A stretch of 63,563 nt of DNA, filler included, from Nitrospinota bacterium (GCA_030620925.1; 13 parts of 13 records of this genome joined end to end with filler, not necessarily neighbours in it), one strand, 5' to 3'; positions 1-9,804 are shown, counted from the whole stretch's first letter. Program-made: numbers and translations. The notes: a model not told the origin generated them from the letters alone.

Positions 1-216
1 AGTATACGCATTCGGTGCAGCTCCGGGCCCGGTGGGCTAAAGCTGAGATAATAATTATCCGATTAATTAAATATATGTCGGAAATATCCCCTCATTCATG
101 GGAAATATTTCCTTGTTTTTCAACGAACTAAACATTATCACGCCGCACCCTGATGGACAAGGTGAAAGCAGAGGGGAATTTTAAAATATGATTTTTCTCC
201 GGTCGGGAAACAACCA

Positions 217-266
217 TAAACTATTGATATTTATATTAAATAGTGAGGTATGGCACCTGTTTCGCA
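217..266 (+). promoter_or_regulatory. Candidate sigma54 (-24/-12) promoter with upstream IHF site for the Tes-like gene
   Basis: TGGCACCTGTTTCGCA at 251-266 (GG-N10-GC, TCGC in place of TTGC). The reverse strand of 217-229 reads TATCAATAGTTTA, matching the IHF consensus WATCAANNNNTTR. Confidence 0.45.
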
Positions 267-401
267 ATTTCGATGTAGGTTAAATATGCTTGACTAAGAG
301 CCCTTTTTGTTATAATAATTATAGTTTATATAAGGTACAATTCTGTTTTTCGCAACCGAGCAGACGATACAATTTGTAACCGTTTTGATGGAGGACCAAC
401 G

Positions 402-2051
402 ATGGTTGGTGGTTCAGTACGCAGTGTACCACACTCACAGGACTCCGGAGCAAAGACCCTCGAAGAGACATTAAATACGACTTACAGTGACACCCCCATT
501 CATCCCGTCACTAAAGGCCTGCCCAAGACGATCGAATCTTTATGCCCTGAATGTTTGAAGGTCATAGACGCCCGGCTGTTTGAGGAAGAGGGCAAAGTAT
601 GGATGGACAAAACCTGCCCCGAACACGGCTACGTTAAAGACCTCTACTGGTCCGACGTCGAGCTCTACCTCAAAGCCGAAGAGTGGACCTTCGGAGACGG
701 GCGCGGCCTGGCCAATCCCGTCACCCAGGCCAACAGTAAATGCCCCACCAACTGCGGCATTTGCAATATGCACACGAGCCACACCGGCTGCGGCAACCTG
801 GACCTCACCAACAGGTGCAACCTCACCTGCCCCATCTGCTTCGCCAACGCAAACGCGAGCGGCTACGTCTACGAACCGAGCTACGAGGAAGTGCTGCAGA
901 TGCTCCGCAACTATCGCAACACCAAACCTCATCCCACCAACGTGATCCAGTTTGCGGGCGGTGAACCCACCATCCACCCCCGCTTCACGGACATAATCAG
1001 CGCCGCCAGGGACATGGGCTTCAACCATATCCAGGCGGCCACCAACGGCATCAAATTTACCGATCTAGAGTTCGCCATGAAGTGCAAGGAAGCCGGGCTG
1101 CACACCCTCTACCTGCAGTTCGACGGCGTATGCGAGGAGAACTACAGGAAGACCCGCGGTAGGTCCCTCCTGGAGGAGAAGCTGAAGTGTCTGGAGAACG
1201 TACGCAAGGCCGGGTTGAGGATAGTTTTCGTGCCCACCATAATCAACGGCATAAACGACGACCAGGTGGGCCCCATCCTTACGACCGCCATTGAGAACGC
1301 AGACATCATCTCCGGCATCAGTTACCAGCCGGTATGCTTCACTGGCAGAATTTCCCGCAAGGAGCGGTTGGAAAAGAGATTCACACTCCCCGACATAGCC
1401 AACCGCATCGAGGAACAGACCGGCCTCATGACCGCTAAAGACGACTGGTATCCCATGGCGCTGGTGGCCCCCCTCTCCAAGCTGTCCAGCGCGCTGTGGG
1501 GGGCGAACACCCTCCATCTCTCCTGCCACGCGCACTGCACCCTGGGCACTTACGTGATCATCGGCCCCGACGGTGACCCGGTGCCCATCACCAGGTTCGT
1601 GGACGTGGAGGGCCTGTTTACAGAGATGGAGCGATTGGCTTCTAAGACTGGAAGGACCAGGAGTAAATCCTACCAGAACATCAAGACCTTCAACAGCCTC
1701 AAGAAATTTTTCAACCCGAAAACGGCTCCCAAGGGGATGACCTTTAAAAATTTCCTAGAAAGCCTGTACGGGCTGGTGGATAAAGACTACGGCCGGGGAG
1801 AAAAAAGGCCGAAATTTCACTCCCTGCTGGTGGCCGGAATGCATTTCATGGACGGCTACAACTACGAGGTGGAGAGGGTGAAACGCTGCGTGGTGCACTA
1901 TTCGGCGCCGGATGGAAAGATTTATCCCTTCTGCACCTATAACTCAGGCCCCACCTACAGGGAACATGTAGAAAAGAAGTTCTCCATTTCTACGGAGGAA
2001 TGGAACCAGAGGCATCCTCATCTATCCGTCTGCCCAACGACAAACAAATAG
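402..2051 (+). CDS. tes: Radical SAM protein, tetraether lipid synthase (Tes/GDGT-MAS, MJ0619 family) homologue
   Basis: N-terminal CPEC...CPEHG metal site, CPTNCGIC auxiliary cluster, DLTNRCNLTCPICFANA RS motif, QFAGGEPT, YLQFDG, SCHAHC, MHFMDGYN, RCVVHY..DGKIYPFCTYN; collinear over the full length with MJ0619 as recalled. GGAGG RBS. Confidence 0.88.
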   Translation: MVGGSVRSVPHSQDSGAKTLEETLNTTYSDTPIHPVTKGLPKTIESLCPECLKVIDARLFEEEGKVWMDKTCPEHGYVKDLYWSDVELYLKAEEWTFGDGRGLANPVTQANSKCPTNCGICNMHTSHTGCGNLDLTNRCNLTCPICFANANASGYVYEPSYEEVLQMLRNYRNTKPHPTNVIQFAGGEPTIHPRFTDIISAARDMGFNHIQAATNGIKFTDLEFAMKCKEAGLHTLYLQFDGVCEENYRKTRGRSLLEEKLKCLENVRKAGLRIVFVPTIINGINDDQVGPILTTAIENADIISGISYQPVCFTGRISRKERLEKRFTLPDIANRIEEQTGLMTAKDDWYPMALVAPLSKLSSALWGANTLHLSCHAHCTLGTYVIIGPDGDPVPITRFVDVEGLFTEMERLASKTGRTRSKSYQNIKTFNSLKKFFNPKTAPKGMTFKNFLESLYGLVDKDYGRGEKRPKFHSLLVAGMHFMDGYNYEVERVKRCVVHYSAPDGKIYPFCTYNSGPTYREHVEKKFSISTEEWNQRHPHLSVCPTTNK

Positions 2052-2070
2052 AATTCGGGCAAGACATAAT

Positions 2071-2104
2071 AAAAACGGGGAGGCGATTCGCCTCCCCATT
2101 TTTT
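2071..2104. terminator. Bidirectional intrinsic terminator between tes and pyrD
   Basis: A-run, GGGGAGGCGA-T-TCGCCTCCCC stem, then T-run, between convergent genes. Confidence 0.8.
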
Positions 2105-2155
2105 ATGAAACCTCATCTAAAGGTGAGTTTCCCCGACCCGTCTACTTATGCGTTT

Positions 2156-3097
2156 TTATTTCTCCGCTAACGTCCCCCTCAGCTCGCTGATGTCCTGAAT
2201 ACCATGCTCCAGGAGGTATGTCTCAAGCTCGTCGACAATGTTAATACAGGCCAGGGGGTCCATAAAGTTGGCGGTCCCTATCTGTATGGCGTGGGCACCG
2301 GCGATTATATACTCCAGCGCGTCTTCAGCGCTTACTATTCCGCCCACCCCTATAACCGGGATGTTCACTGCATTGACCGTCTCCCATACCAGCCTCAACG
2401 CCAGCGGTTTTATGGCCGGTCCCGATAATCCCCCGGTTACAGTGGACAACCTGGGGCGGCGGGTTTCTACGTCTATGGCCATGCCCAGAAAGGTATTGCT
2501 GACGGAAAGTGCGTCGGCTCCCGCCTCCTCGGCGGCCCGCGCTATGGGCCTTATATCGGAGACGTTGGGGGAGAGCTTGACGATCACCGGCATCCGGGTG
2601 GCCTTCCTCACTCCGGCCACTACCTCGCGGGTCTTTTGGGGGTCGGTTCCGAACTGGGCCCCTCCCTCCTTCACGTTGGGACATGAAACGTTCACCTCCA
2701 GCCCCGAGAGCCCTTCCGCCCCATCCAGCATCTCCGCCACCCGCATATACTCCTCAGGGCTTTCTCCGAAGATGTTGGCCAGGACACAGCAATCATAATC
2801 CGCCAGCTCCGGCAGCTTTTCTTCCAGGAACGCCCGGACACCTACATTCTGCAGCCCGATGGAGTTGAGTAGGCCGGCGGTGGTTTCCGCAAGGCGCGGC
2901 TGGGGATTACCCGGCCTGGGTTCGAGGGACAATCCTTTCACCACCAGACCACCCAGACGGCATAAATCCACCTGATCCGAGAATTCGAGGCCGTAACCGA
3001 AAGTTCCCGAAGCGGCTATGACAGGGTTGCTCAGTTCAAGCGGCCCGATGGTCACTTCCAGGTTCGGTTTTGTCTTAACGCTATCGATATCGCTCAT
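2156..3097 (-). CDS. pyrD: Dihydroorotate dehydrogenase B (family 1B), catalytic subunit
   Basis: AASGTFGYG, NSIGLQN, EVNVSCPNV, KLSPN, GGLSG motifs; start chosen at ATG 3097 (alternative 3115). Confidence 0.95.
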   Translation of the reverse strand: MSDIDSVKTKPNLEVTIGPLELSNPVIAASGTFGYGLEFSDQVDLCRLGGLVVKGLSLEPRPGNPQPRLAETTAGLLNSIGLQNVGVRAFLEEKLPELADYDCCVLANIFGESPEEYMRVAEMLDGAEGLSGLEVNVSCPNVKEGGAQFGTDPQKTREVVAGVRKATRMPVIVKLSPNVSDIRPIARAAEEAGADALSVSNTFLGMAIDVETRRPRLSTVTGGLSGPAIKPLALRLVWETVNAVNIPVIGVGGIVSAEDALEYIIAGAHAIQIGTANFMDPLACINIVDELETYLLEHGIQDISELRGTLAEK

Positions 3098-3163
3098 TTC
3101 TTCTACCCGGATCATTTATCAGGAAATGAAAATATTCATGATGCCTGCTAACAGAGAATCTAC

Positions 3164-3982
3164 TCATATAGAATCCCAATCGATTTCAGCGGCGTCGAAG
3201 ACCGGCCCGTCTCTGCAAATCCTTCTGTAAACCGTCATGGGAGGTATTACCGCATCCAGGGGATCGGGAAAAACCCTTATGACACATCCCAGACAAGCCC
3301 CTATTCCACAGCCCATTCGTCCCTCCAGAGAGACGGTACAGGGTATGGAATAGGCTTCGGCCAGTCGCGCCACTTTTTTTAACATCTCTTTGGGTCCGGC
3401 GGAGAAGAGCTCGACATCATCCGTTTCGAGAGACCCTTCGAGCTGATCCCCTAAAAGATCTGTCAATAATCCCATTTCGCCCATGCTTCCGTCTTCTGTC
3501 GCCACCAATACCTGTACTCCCATCTCCTCGAAATCATCCACGCATATTATATCCTGCGAGCCCGCTCCTCCTGTGAGAAGCGTGATTTCCACCCCATGCC
3601 GTTGGGCCAAAATGCTTTGCGCAAGTGAGTATAGCGCCGCAACGCCCGTCCCCCCCGCTGCCAGCAAAATCTTACTCTCATTGCCGGGAATGGTGAAGCC
3701 GTTACCCAATGGGCCCAATATATCCAGCTTCTCCCCTTCACCTACCTCAGACATCAGCCAGGTCCCCACCCCCACCACCTTGTAGACTATGTCCAGCCAT
3801 CCTGAGTCAGCGTCGTAGGTATATATGGTAAAGGGTCGCCTGAGCAGAGGCTCACGCAATTCCGAGACCCGGAGGGTCAGAAATGTGCCGGGCCTCGCCT
3901 CTGAGGACACTTCCGGGCATTGAAGCCGCATACGGAAGTATCCCTGAGACAGCACTTTGTTGTAAACTACAGTGGCTTTCAT
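3164..3982 (-). CDS. pyrK: Dihydroorotate dehydrogenase electron transfer subunit
   Basis: LRRPF, GPLGNGF, AGGTG, MGCGIGACLGC..RICRDGPVF 2Fe-2S motif; directly upstream of pyrD. Confidence 0.93.
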   Translation of the reverse strand: MKATVVYNKVLSQGYFRMRLQCPEVSSEARPGTFLTLRVSELREPLLRRPFTIYTYDADSGWLDIVYKVVGVGTWLMSEVGEGEKLDILGPLGNGFTIPGNESKILLAAGGTGVAALYSLAQSILAQRHGVEITLLTGGAGSQDIICVDDFEEMGVQVLVATEDGSMGEMGLLTDLLGDQLEGSLETDDVELFSAGPKEMLKKVARLAEAYSIPCTVSLEGRMGCGIGACLGCVIRVFPDPLDAVIPPMTVYRRICRDGPVFDAAEIDWDSI

Positions 3983-4370
3983 CTCGGGGAGAATCCTTTT
4001 AACTATCCTTAGTATATTATAAATCTCCCCCTGCATAATTTCATCAACATCTTAACGGTTGTATCCTCGGGGCTCACTTTGCAGGAAAATCACCGTCGGC
4101 CTATTATACTACCATACTACCATTTTCGTGGTTTCAGGGTAAGCAGTTTATAGTTAACCCTGCTATGCCGCCGTCACCCGCAATAGAGGCATTCTTTACC
4201 ACCGGGTTTCCTTCCAGGAATATATATTAAGCTCACGGGAGGCTTTTCTCAGCCGAATTCCAGAATTCAGGCTGAATTTAAGAGTAACTTTCTCAAAGGG
4301 GTTTAACTTTACAGGTAATTCCATCTATGCTATCTTAAGTGGCAGGAGTCTTCCGAAGGGATGCTCGTTA

Positions 4371-4470
4371 NNNNNNNNNNNNNNNNNNNNNNNNNNNNNN
4401 NNNNNNNNNNNNNNTTAATTAATTAANNNNNNNNNNNNNNNNNNNNNNNNNNNNNNNNNNNNNNNNNNNN
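4371..4470. other. Artificial contig spacer (N44-TTAATTAATTAA-N44); others at 7134-7233, 14030-14129, 20244-20343, 23438-23537, 29258-29357, 33381-33480, 42497-42596, 45430-45529, 49131-49230, 56029-56128, 60327-60426
   Basis: Identical 100-nt spacers with stop codons in all six frames; genes are truncated at the spacers. Confidence 0.98.
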
Positions 4471-4545
4471 CTCCAAATATTCCATTATGCCTGATTCGGC
4501 GCATTCAGAGCCTTCTGCGGTATGCATGTGCATGTCGATTATCAT
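4471..4545 (-). CDS. PHP-domain protein, N-terminal fragment (truncated by gap)
   Basis: Manual translation MIIDMHMHTAEGSECAESGIMEYLE contains the DxHxHT PHP motif; AAGGA RBS; absent from the ORF track. Confidence 0.7.
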
Positions 4546-4869
4546 GTACCATCCTTATGAATCGGGTCGGCTTGTGAGGGACTGAGCAAGGGTATTATAC
4601 CGGCCGCCCCATGTCAAGAGCGTCCTTTTTCAGGATGGTGTAATTCAATTTACGGGTTGATTATTAATATTCATGTATTAGAATAAGTAGCTGAAGGTGA
4701 ATAGAATATGGATATTGAGCTTGACCAGGGGCTGGTTTTGACTTAAATTATGCACAGGAAATAAAGATTAGGCATTTACCCGATTGTTACGATATAATAA
4801 AATATATTGTAATTTTTTTACATCAGAGCCAAAGACGGCACTGATTGGTATCTCACAAGGAGGAAGAAT

Positions 4870-5106
4870 ATGTCGGATGTCAAAGAAAGGGTGGATCAGG
4901 CTCTCGAAATGATCAGACCCGCACTACAGGCTGACGGCGGTGATATCGAAGTACTGGAAATTTCTGAAGATGGCGTGGTTACCGTCAGACTGATGGGGGC
5001 CTGCGGGGGCTGCCCTATGTCGCAGATGACGCTTCAGCAGGGCGTGGAAAAGCTGCTCGTCGAGCAGGTGCCGGAAGTTACAAAGGTAGAAGCGGCTGAA
5101 ATCTAA
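4870..5106 (+). CDS. NifU C-terminal (Nfu) Fe-S carrier protein
   Basis: IRPALQADGGDIE...GACGGCP CxxC motif; AAGGAGG RBS. Confidence 0.92.
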   Translation: MSDVKERVDQALEMIRPALQADGGDIEVLEISEDGVVTVRLMGACGGCPMSQMTLQQGVEKLLVEQVPEVTKVEAAEI

Positions 5107-5163
5107 AAAAACTCTCTTTTCCTGATTTTTCTAAGAGAGTAGTCCGGCTTTTGAGAATAATGG

Positions 5164-5197
5164 AAAAGCGGGGAAATATCCCCGCTTTTTTCTTTTT
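5164..5197 (+). terminator. Intrinsic terminator after nfu
   Basis: AAAAGCGGGGA-AATA-TCCCCGCTTTTTT hairpin with T-run. Confidence 0.75.
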
Positions 5198-5271
5198 GAG
5201 TCTATAATTGGGAAAATGAGGGGGCGAAGGTCGTCCGCCGCGGAGGTATCTTCTAGATATGAACGCCCCCG

Positions 5272-5372
5272 TCACGCCTGCCGCGGGATGTAGCCCGCCC
5301 TATTTGAGTGTATGCAATACGCCCCTGCAACGCACCAAACATTGTCATTCCGAGTCCCCCGGAACGCGGGAT
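5272..5372. repeat. REP-like palindrome cluster (two CCCGC-N5-GCGGG variants, GTCATTCCGAG arm)
   Basis: TCACGCCTGCCGCGGGA 5272-5288 and GTCATTCCGAGTCCCCCGGAACGCGGGA 5344-5371 are similar to copies elsewhere in the window. Confidence 0.55.
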
Positions 5373-5569
5373 TGAGGGTGAAACTTTAGACTTCATCGGG
5401 CATGAGGTTCGGGACAAGGGACGAAAAAACTTTACAAAAATAGAGATGCTTATATTATATTAAACAATCTTATATCTGGAAGTGGGGCGGGCGCTCATCG
5501 ATCTCCTTTTTTTCCGGATGCGGTGTAACCGACAAACTATGAGGTTGTGCACTTATAAGGGAAAGAGCC

Positions 5570-6646
5570 ATGGAAAAAGGTCTCATCAGCGGAAACGATG
5601 CAGTTGGCCACGGGGCGCTTAATGCCGGCTGCACACACTACTTCGGATACCCCATAACTCCCCAGAACGAAATAGTGGAGTTCTTCGCCCGGGAGATGCC
5701 CGGTAGGGGAGGGGTATTCGTCCAGTCGGAGAGCGAGACGTCCTCCATCAACATGCTGTACGGTGCGGCGGCCACCGGAGTACGGGCCATGACTTCCTCG
5801 GCCAGCACCGGCTTCAGCCTGATGATGGAGGGGTTGTCCGCCACGGCGGCGGCTGAGCTTCCCTGCGTTATCGTGGACGTGCAGCGGGGCGGCCCCGGCG
5901 CAGGCTCGACGCAGACGGCGCAGATGGATTACCACCAGGTCACCAAAGGGGGAGGGCATGGGGACTATCACTGTATAGTTCTTGCGCCTTACAGCGTGCA
6001 GGAGACGCACGATTTCGTGCAGCTCGCTTTCCATCTGGCCGATAAATACCAGAATCCCACCATCATGCTTATGGATGCCATAATCGGCCACATGCGGGAG
6101 ACGGTCGAATTGAAGTCCATCGAATACCCGCCCACGCCGGAGAAGAAGTTTGCCCTGGTGGGCACCGACGAACGGAACGGCGAACGGAATCTGGTAACCA
6201 ACATTGTGGGCATCCAGTACGTTTTTAACGAGTACCTGGCGGGAGTGAACGAAAAGTTCAAAGCCATGAAAGCCAACGAGGTGAGGTGGGAGGGCCATCA
6301 ACTGGAAGACGCCGAGCTGGGCATCGTGGCATACGGCAGCAGCTCCAGGGTGGGGCTGCGGGCAATGGCTGAGGCTCGGGCCGAGGGTTATAAAGTGGGG
6401 CTGTTGAGGCCCATTACGCTGTGGCCTTACCCCCAGAAGGAAGTTAAGGAATTGGCCGAGCAAGTGGATCATATCATCGTAGTAGAAGACAGTCTGGGCC
6501 AGATGGTTGACGACGTGGAGCTGCTCTCTGGCGGCCGGGCTGAAGTCCATCTGGTGGGTGTGCTGGATAGGCATCTGGCTACGTGCAACGGCATGATCTT
6601 TCCTCAGGCGGTGTTGGACAAGATAAAAGAGCTCGTCAATAAATAA
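5570..6646 (+). CDS. 2-oxoacid:ferredoxin oxidoreductase alpha subunit (VorB/ketoisovalerate type)
   Basis: YFGYPITPQNE, QSESE, QRGGPG, TKGGGHGDY, LRPITLWP. Confidence 0.9.
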   Translation: MEKGLISGNDAVGHGALNAGCTHYFGYPITPQNEIVEFFAREMPGRGGVFVQSESETSSINMLYGAAATGVRAMTSSASTGFSLMMEGLSATAAAELPCVIVDVQRGGPGAGSTQTAQMDYHQVTKGGGHGDYHCIVLAPYSVQETHDFVQLAFHLADKYQNPTIMLMDAIIGHMRETVELKSIEYPPTPEKKFALVGTDERNGERNLVTNIVGIQYVFNEYLAGVNEKFKAMKANEVRWEGHQLEDAELGIVAYGSSSRVGLRAMAEARAEGYKVGLLRPITLWPYPQKEVKELAEQVDHIIVVEDSLGQMVDDVELLSGGRAEVHLVGVLDRHLATCNGMIFPQAVLDKIKELVNK

Positions 6647-6657
6647 GGGACGAAAAA

Positions 6658-7133
6658 ATGGCAGAGACTGAAAAACGCAAAGTCATCTTCAAACCGCCCG
6701 AAATACTTTTCCCTGAGGCGACCAACTTCTGCCCCGGTTGCCAGCACGGCGTGATCACCCAGCTGGTGGCCGAGGCCATCGAGGAGCTGGGCATCCAGGG
6801 GAAGTGCATAGGCGTTGGCGGAGTGGGCTGCCATGCCATGGCCGCCAATATCATAAACGTGGATTTCATCCACGCACTGCATGGGAGGTCGCCCTGCGTG
6901 GCCACCGGCTTAAAAAGAGGCCATTACGGGAAAAAGGTGATATTCACGCTGCAGGGTGATGGAGACCTGGCGGCCATAGGCATGGGGGCCGTCATAAACG
7001 CCGTGAACAGGGGTGAGAAGCTCACCACCATCTTTTTCAATAATGCAGGATACGGGACCACCGGAGGCCAGATGGCGCCCACCACAGTCTACGGTCAGGT
7101 AACCACCACCACTCCGCTGGGGCGCGACAGGGA
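6658..7133 (+). CDS. 2-oxoacid:ferredoxin oxidoreductase beta (TPP) subunit, partial
   Basis: FCPGCQHG, GVGC, LHGR, QGDGD, NNAGYGTTGGQMAPTT; truncated by gap. Confidence 0.9.
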
Positions 7134-7234
7134 NNNNNNNNNNNNNNNNNNNNNNNNNNNNNNNNNNNNNNNNNNNNTTAATTAATTAANNNNNNNNNNN
7201 NNNNNNNNNNNNNNNNNNNNNNNNNNNNNNNNNC

Positions 7235-7582
7235 AATGAACTGCTCGTGGAGCTGCTGAAGAGAGGAGACTTAGCACCAGGGGACTTTGAGAACATTTTC
7301 TCAGTCGAATCCCAGGTCGAAGGCGAAGCGAGAAGGCCGCCGGAAATTCCCGAGCAGGAAACCGCCATCCTGGAGATGGCCATAGAAAACGAAATAGTCG
7401 CCCAGGAGTTTTACAATCAGCAGGCGGAAAAGGGCAGCGAACCCTTGACGCAAACCCTCTACCGGACCCTGGCAAAGCAAGAATTGAACCATGAAAAGCT
7501 GCTGAGAGCGGAACTGGACAGCGTCAAGGGCTTAGGGCACTGGTTCGACTTCAGAGAATTTACCCTGGAGGCTCCAGGCTAA
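7235..7582 (+). CDS. Rubrerythrin/ferritin-like di-iron protein, C-terminal part
   Basis: ILEMAIENE..FY..LAKQELNH ExxH motif; reading frame is open to the contig edge. Confidence 0.75.
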   Translation, partial: NELLVELLKRGDLAPGDFENIFSVESQVEGEARRPPEIPEQETAILEMAIENEIVAQEFYNQQAEKGSEPLTQTLYRTLAKQELNHEKLLRAELDSVKGLGHWFDFREFTLEAPG

Positions 7583-7629
7583 AGAGAGGGGATGATTGGA
7601 ATTTCACAAATATCCCCCGTAAGTAATAA

Positions 7630-7670
7630 CAGAGGTCAGTCCTGATCAGGGCTGACCTCTGCAACCTTTT
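7630..7670. terminator. Hairpin/terminator between convergent genes
   Basis: CAGAGGTCAGTCCTGATCAGGGCTGACCTCTG near-perfect inverted repeat. Confidence 0.6.
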
Positions 7671-7707
7671 GATATTCTAGAAAAATAGAGCGGTTTCTCC
7701 TTCCGCT

Positions 7708-8142
7708 CTATTTCTTCAAATCCTCCATCAGCTCCAGGGTAACGCCGTCGGGGTCTTTGAAATAGACCACTTTCATCTCGCCCCTAACACTCTGCGGCTC
7801 GCTGTAAAACTCGAGCCCCATTTCCTTCAGTTTCGCGCACATACCGTCCAGGTCTGTGACGTTGAAAGCGATGTGGGTGAGCCCGTTGTCGCACTGCCTC
7901 CTCCCCGCCGGCAGCGTGTCGCCCACCGGGTTAGTATACTGGAAAAGCTCTATGCGCTGGTTGCTCACCTCCAGCATGACTATGCGCGTACTGGCCCCCG
8001 GAAGCCCAACTATCACCCCCAACTCTTCGGTCTTGATCTCCACATCCATGGCCACCTCCATGCCCAGAAAGTCTCTATAGAAAGCCAGGGAGCGTTCCAT
8101 ATCCGCCACGGAAATCGCCGTATGATTCACGGAAATAAGCAT
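7708..8142 (-). CDS. VOC/glyoxalase family protein
   Basis: NHTAISVADMERSLAFY, IELFQY, THIAF, YFKDPDGVTLEL. Confidence 0.9.
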   Translation of the reverse strand: MLISVNHTAISVADMERSLAFYRDFLGMEVAMDVEIKTEELGVIVGLPGASTRIVMLEVSNQRIELFQYTNPVGDTLPAGRRQCDNGLTHIAFNVTDLDGMCAKLKEMGLEFYSEPQSVRGEMKVVYFKDPDGVTLELMEDLKK

Positions 8143-8432
8143 CTGACAGCCCTCTCTATGGTTGGTTTATCCCTAACAAAACGCCGACTTATAGTAACCC
8201 AGGGGGTATACTTTTACAAGGTCTTTCGCAGCTTGATGCTTAGTATAGAACGAGCGCATTGGCCAGAAAAGACCTTATGCAGGGGCGCCTTCAAGGCGCC
8301 GGCAAGAGTTTTTAGGGCTTTTTTAAAAAAGGCCCCTCAAATTTCAGGTATATGCTATAATCGAGTCGTAAACGCACCGGACTTATACAAATTTCACCAG
8401 GAAATATCCCAAACCGACCAGCAGGGTAATAG

Positions 8433-9149
8433 ATGAACTATCAGGTCAAGCTTGAGATATTCGAGGGCCCGTTAGACTTCCTGTTAAACCTCATAAAGGA
8501 ACAGGAGATAGATATATACGATATACCCATAGCCCAAATCACCCACCAATACCTGGAATATCTTGACCTCATGCGGGAGCTGAACCTGGACATAGCCGGT
8601 GAGTTCCTGGTTATGGCGTCGACCCTGATCCATATAAAGTCCAGATTGCTGCTGCCTCCTCCCCTGGAAGAGGTTGAGGGAGAAGAAGAAGGCATAGACC
8701 CCAGGGAGGAACTGGTGCAGCGGCTGCTCGAATACAACAAATTTACAGACGCCGCCGAGGGTCTACGGGAGCGGGAATCGGTATTCATGAATGTATACGG
8801 CAGGGAAACCTCCCCCGACTACGAGGGGTTGGAGGAGGACGTCTATCTGGAAGTCTCCCTGTTCGATCTCCTTTCGGCATTCAAAAAAGTGCTGGAAAAG
8901 GTCGAAGAACGCGGGGGAGAGATCATAATTGCCGACGAACTGACGGTGACCGACCGGATAAACCAGATCCTGGAAACGCTTAAAGAGGACACGGCCACCC
9001 CCTTCGCCGACCTGTTTGAGGGAGCCTCCGGGCGTATGGAAGTCATCGTGACTTTCCTGGCCCTTCTGGAGCTCATCAGGTTGAGGATGGTCCAGGTTCG
9101 CCAGGGGGCCGAGTTCGGGAGTATCTGGATTTTCCTGCGCGGCGTATAG
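8433..9149 (+). CDS. scpA: Segregation and condensation protein A
   Basis: FEGPLDFLL, IDIYDIPI, EFLVMASTLIHIKSRLLLP, TFLALLEL. Confidence 0.95.
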   Translation: MNYQVKLEIFEGPLDFLLNLIKEQEIDIYDIPIAQITHQYLEYLDLMRELNLDIAGEFLVMASTLIHIKSRLLLPPPLEEVEGEEEGIDPREELVQRLLEYNKFTDAAEGLRERESVFMNVYGRETSPDYEGLEEDVYLEVSLFDLLSAFKKVLEKVEERGGEIIIADELTVTDRINQILETLKEDTATPFADLFEGASGRMEVIVTFLALLELIRLRMVQVRQGAEFGSIWIFLRGV

Positions 9150-9231
9150 GAATCTTTTCCGACGCTGCTGTTATACAAAGACCATGGTGCCGGGCCAGGC
9201 GTCCTGCATCTGATAGCGATCTGAGGAAGCA

Positions 9232-9768
9232 ATGGACCTGGAGACCGCCAGCTCAGTCATTGAATCGGTGCTTTTCGTGGCAGATGAACCGCTCACCGTT
9301 GAACGCCTGACAGAGCTTTTCGACGGGGAGCTGGACAAGAAGACCATAGTAGAAATAATGGAGCGGATTTCCGAAAGCTATGATGGTCGTCCCATCCAGC
9401 TCATCGAAGTAGCCAACGGATACAAACTCTGCACAAAGCCCGAATACGGCGAGTGGATAAAAAAGTTTTTCCGCGAAGAGCGTAAGCGCACGCTTTCGCA
9501 AGCGGCCCTGGAAACGCTGGCCATCATTGCCTACCGTCAACCCATAACCACGCCGGAGATAGAAGAAATACGGGGGGTCGACGTTTCGGGTGTGTTGAAG
9601 AACCTGCTGGAAAAGAACCTCGTAAAAATCATGGGCAGAAAAGATGTGATCGGCCGTCCGATGGTTTACGGCACTACCCAGAGGTTCCTGGAACATTTCG
9701 GCCTCAAGTCTCTGTCCGATATGCCGTCCCTGGAAGAATTCCAGCAAGTCCTCGAACTGGATACATGA
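9232..9768 (+). CDS. scpB: Segregation and condensation protein B
   Basis: IESVLF, LSQAALETLAIIAYRQPIT, IRGV, GRPMVYGTT..FL..FGL. Confidence 0.95.
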   Translation: MDLETASSVIESVLFVADEPLTVERLTELFDGELDKKTIVEIMERISESYDGRPIQLIEVANGYKLCTKPEYGEWIKKFFREERKRTLSQAALETLAIIAYRQPITTPEIEEIRGVDVSGVLKNLLEKNLVKIMGRKDVIGRPMVYGTTQRFLEHFGLKSLSDMPSLEEFQQVLELDT

Positions 9769-9804
9769 TGTTCTGCACAACATAGGGATTTCTTCCGGGT
9801 TATA

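Noticed and set aside
402-2051. Annotation as pterin/methanopterin dimethyltransferase or MoaA-like enzyme
   Set aside because: This is a legacy label for the MJ0619 family, since shown to be tetraether synthase; MoaA motifs are absent.
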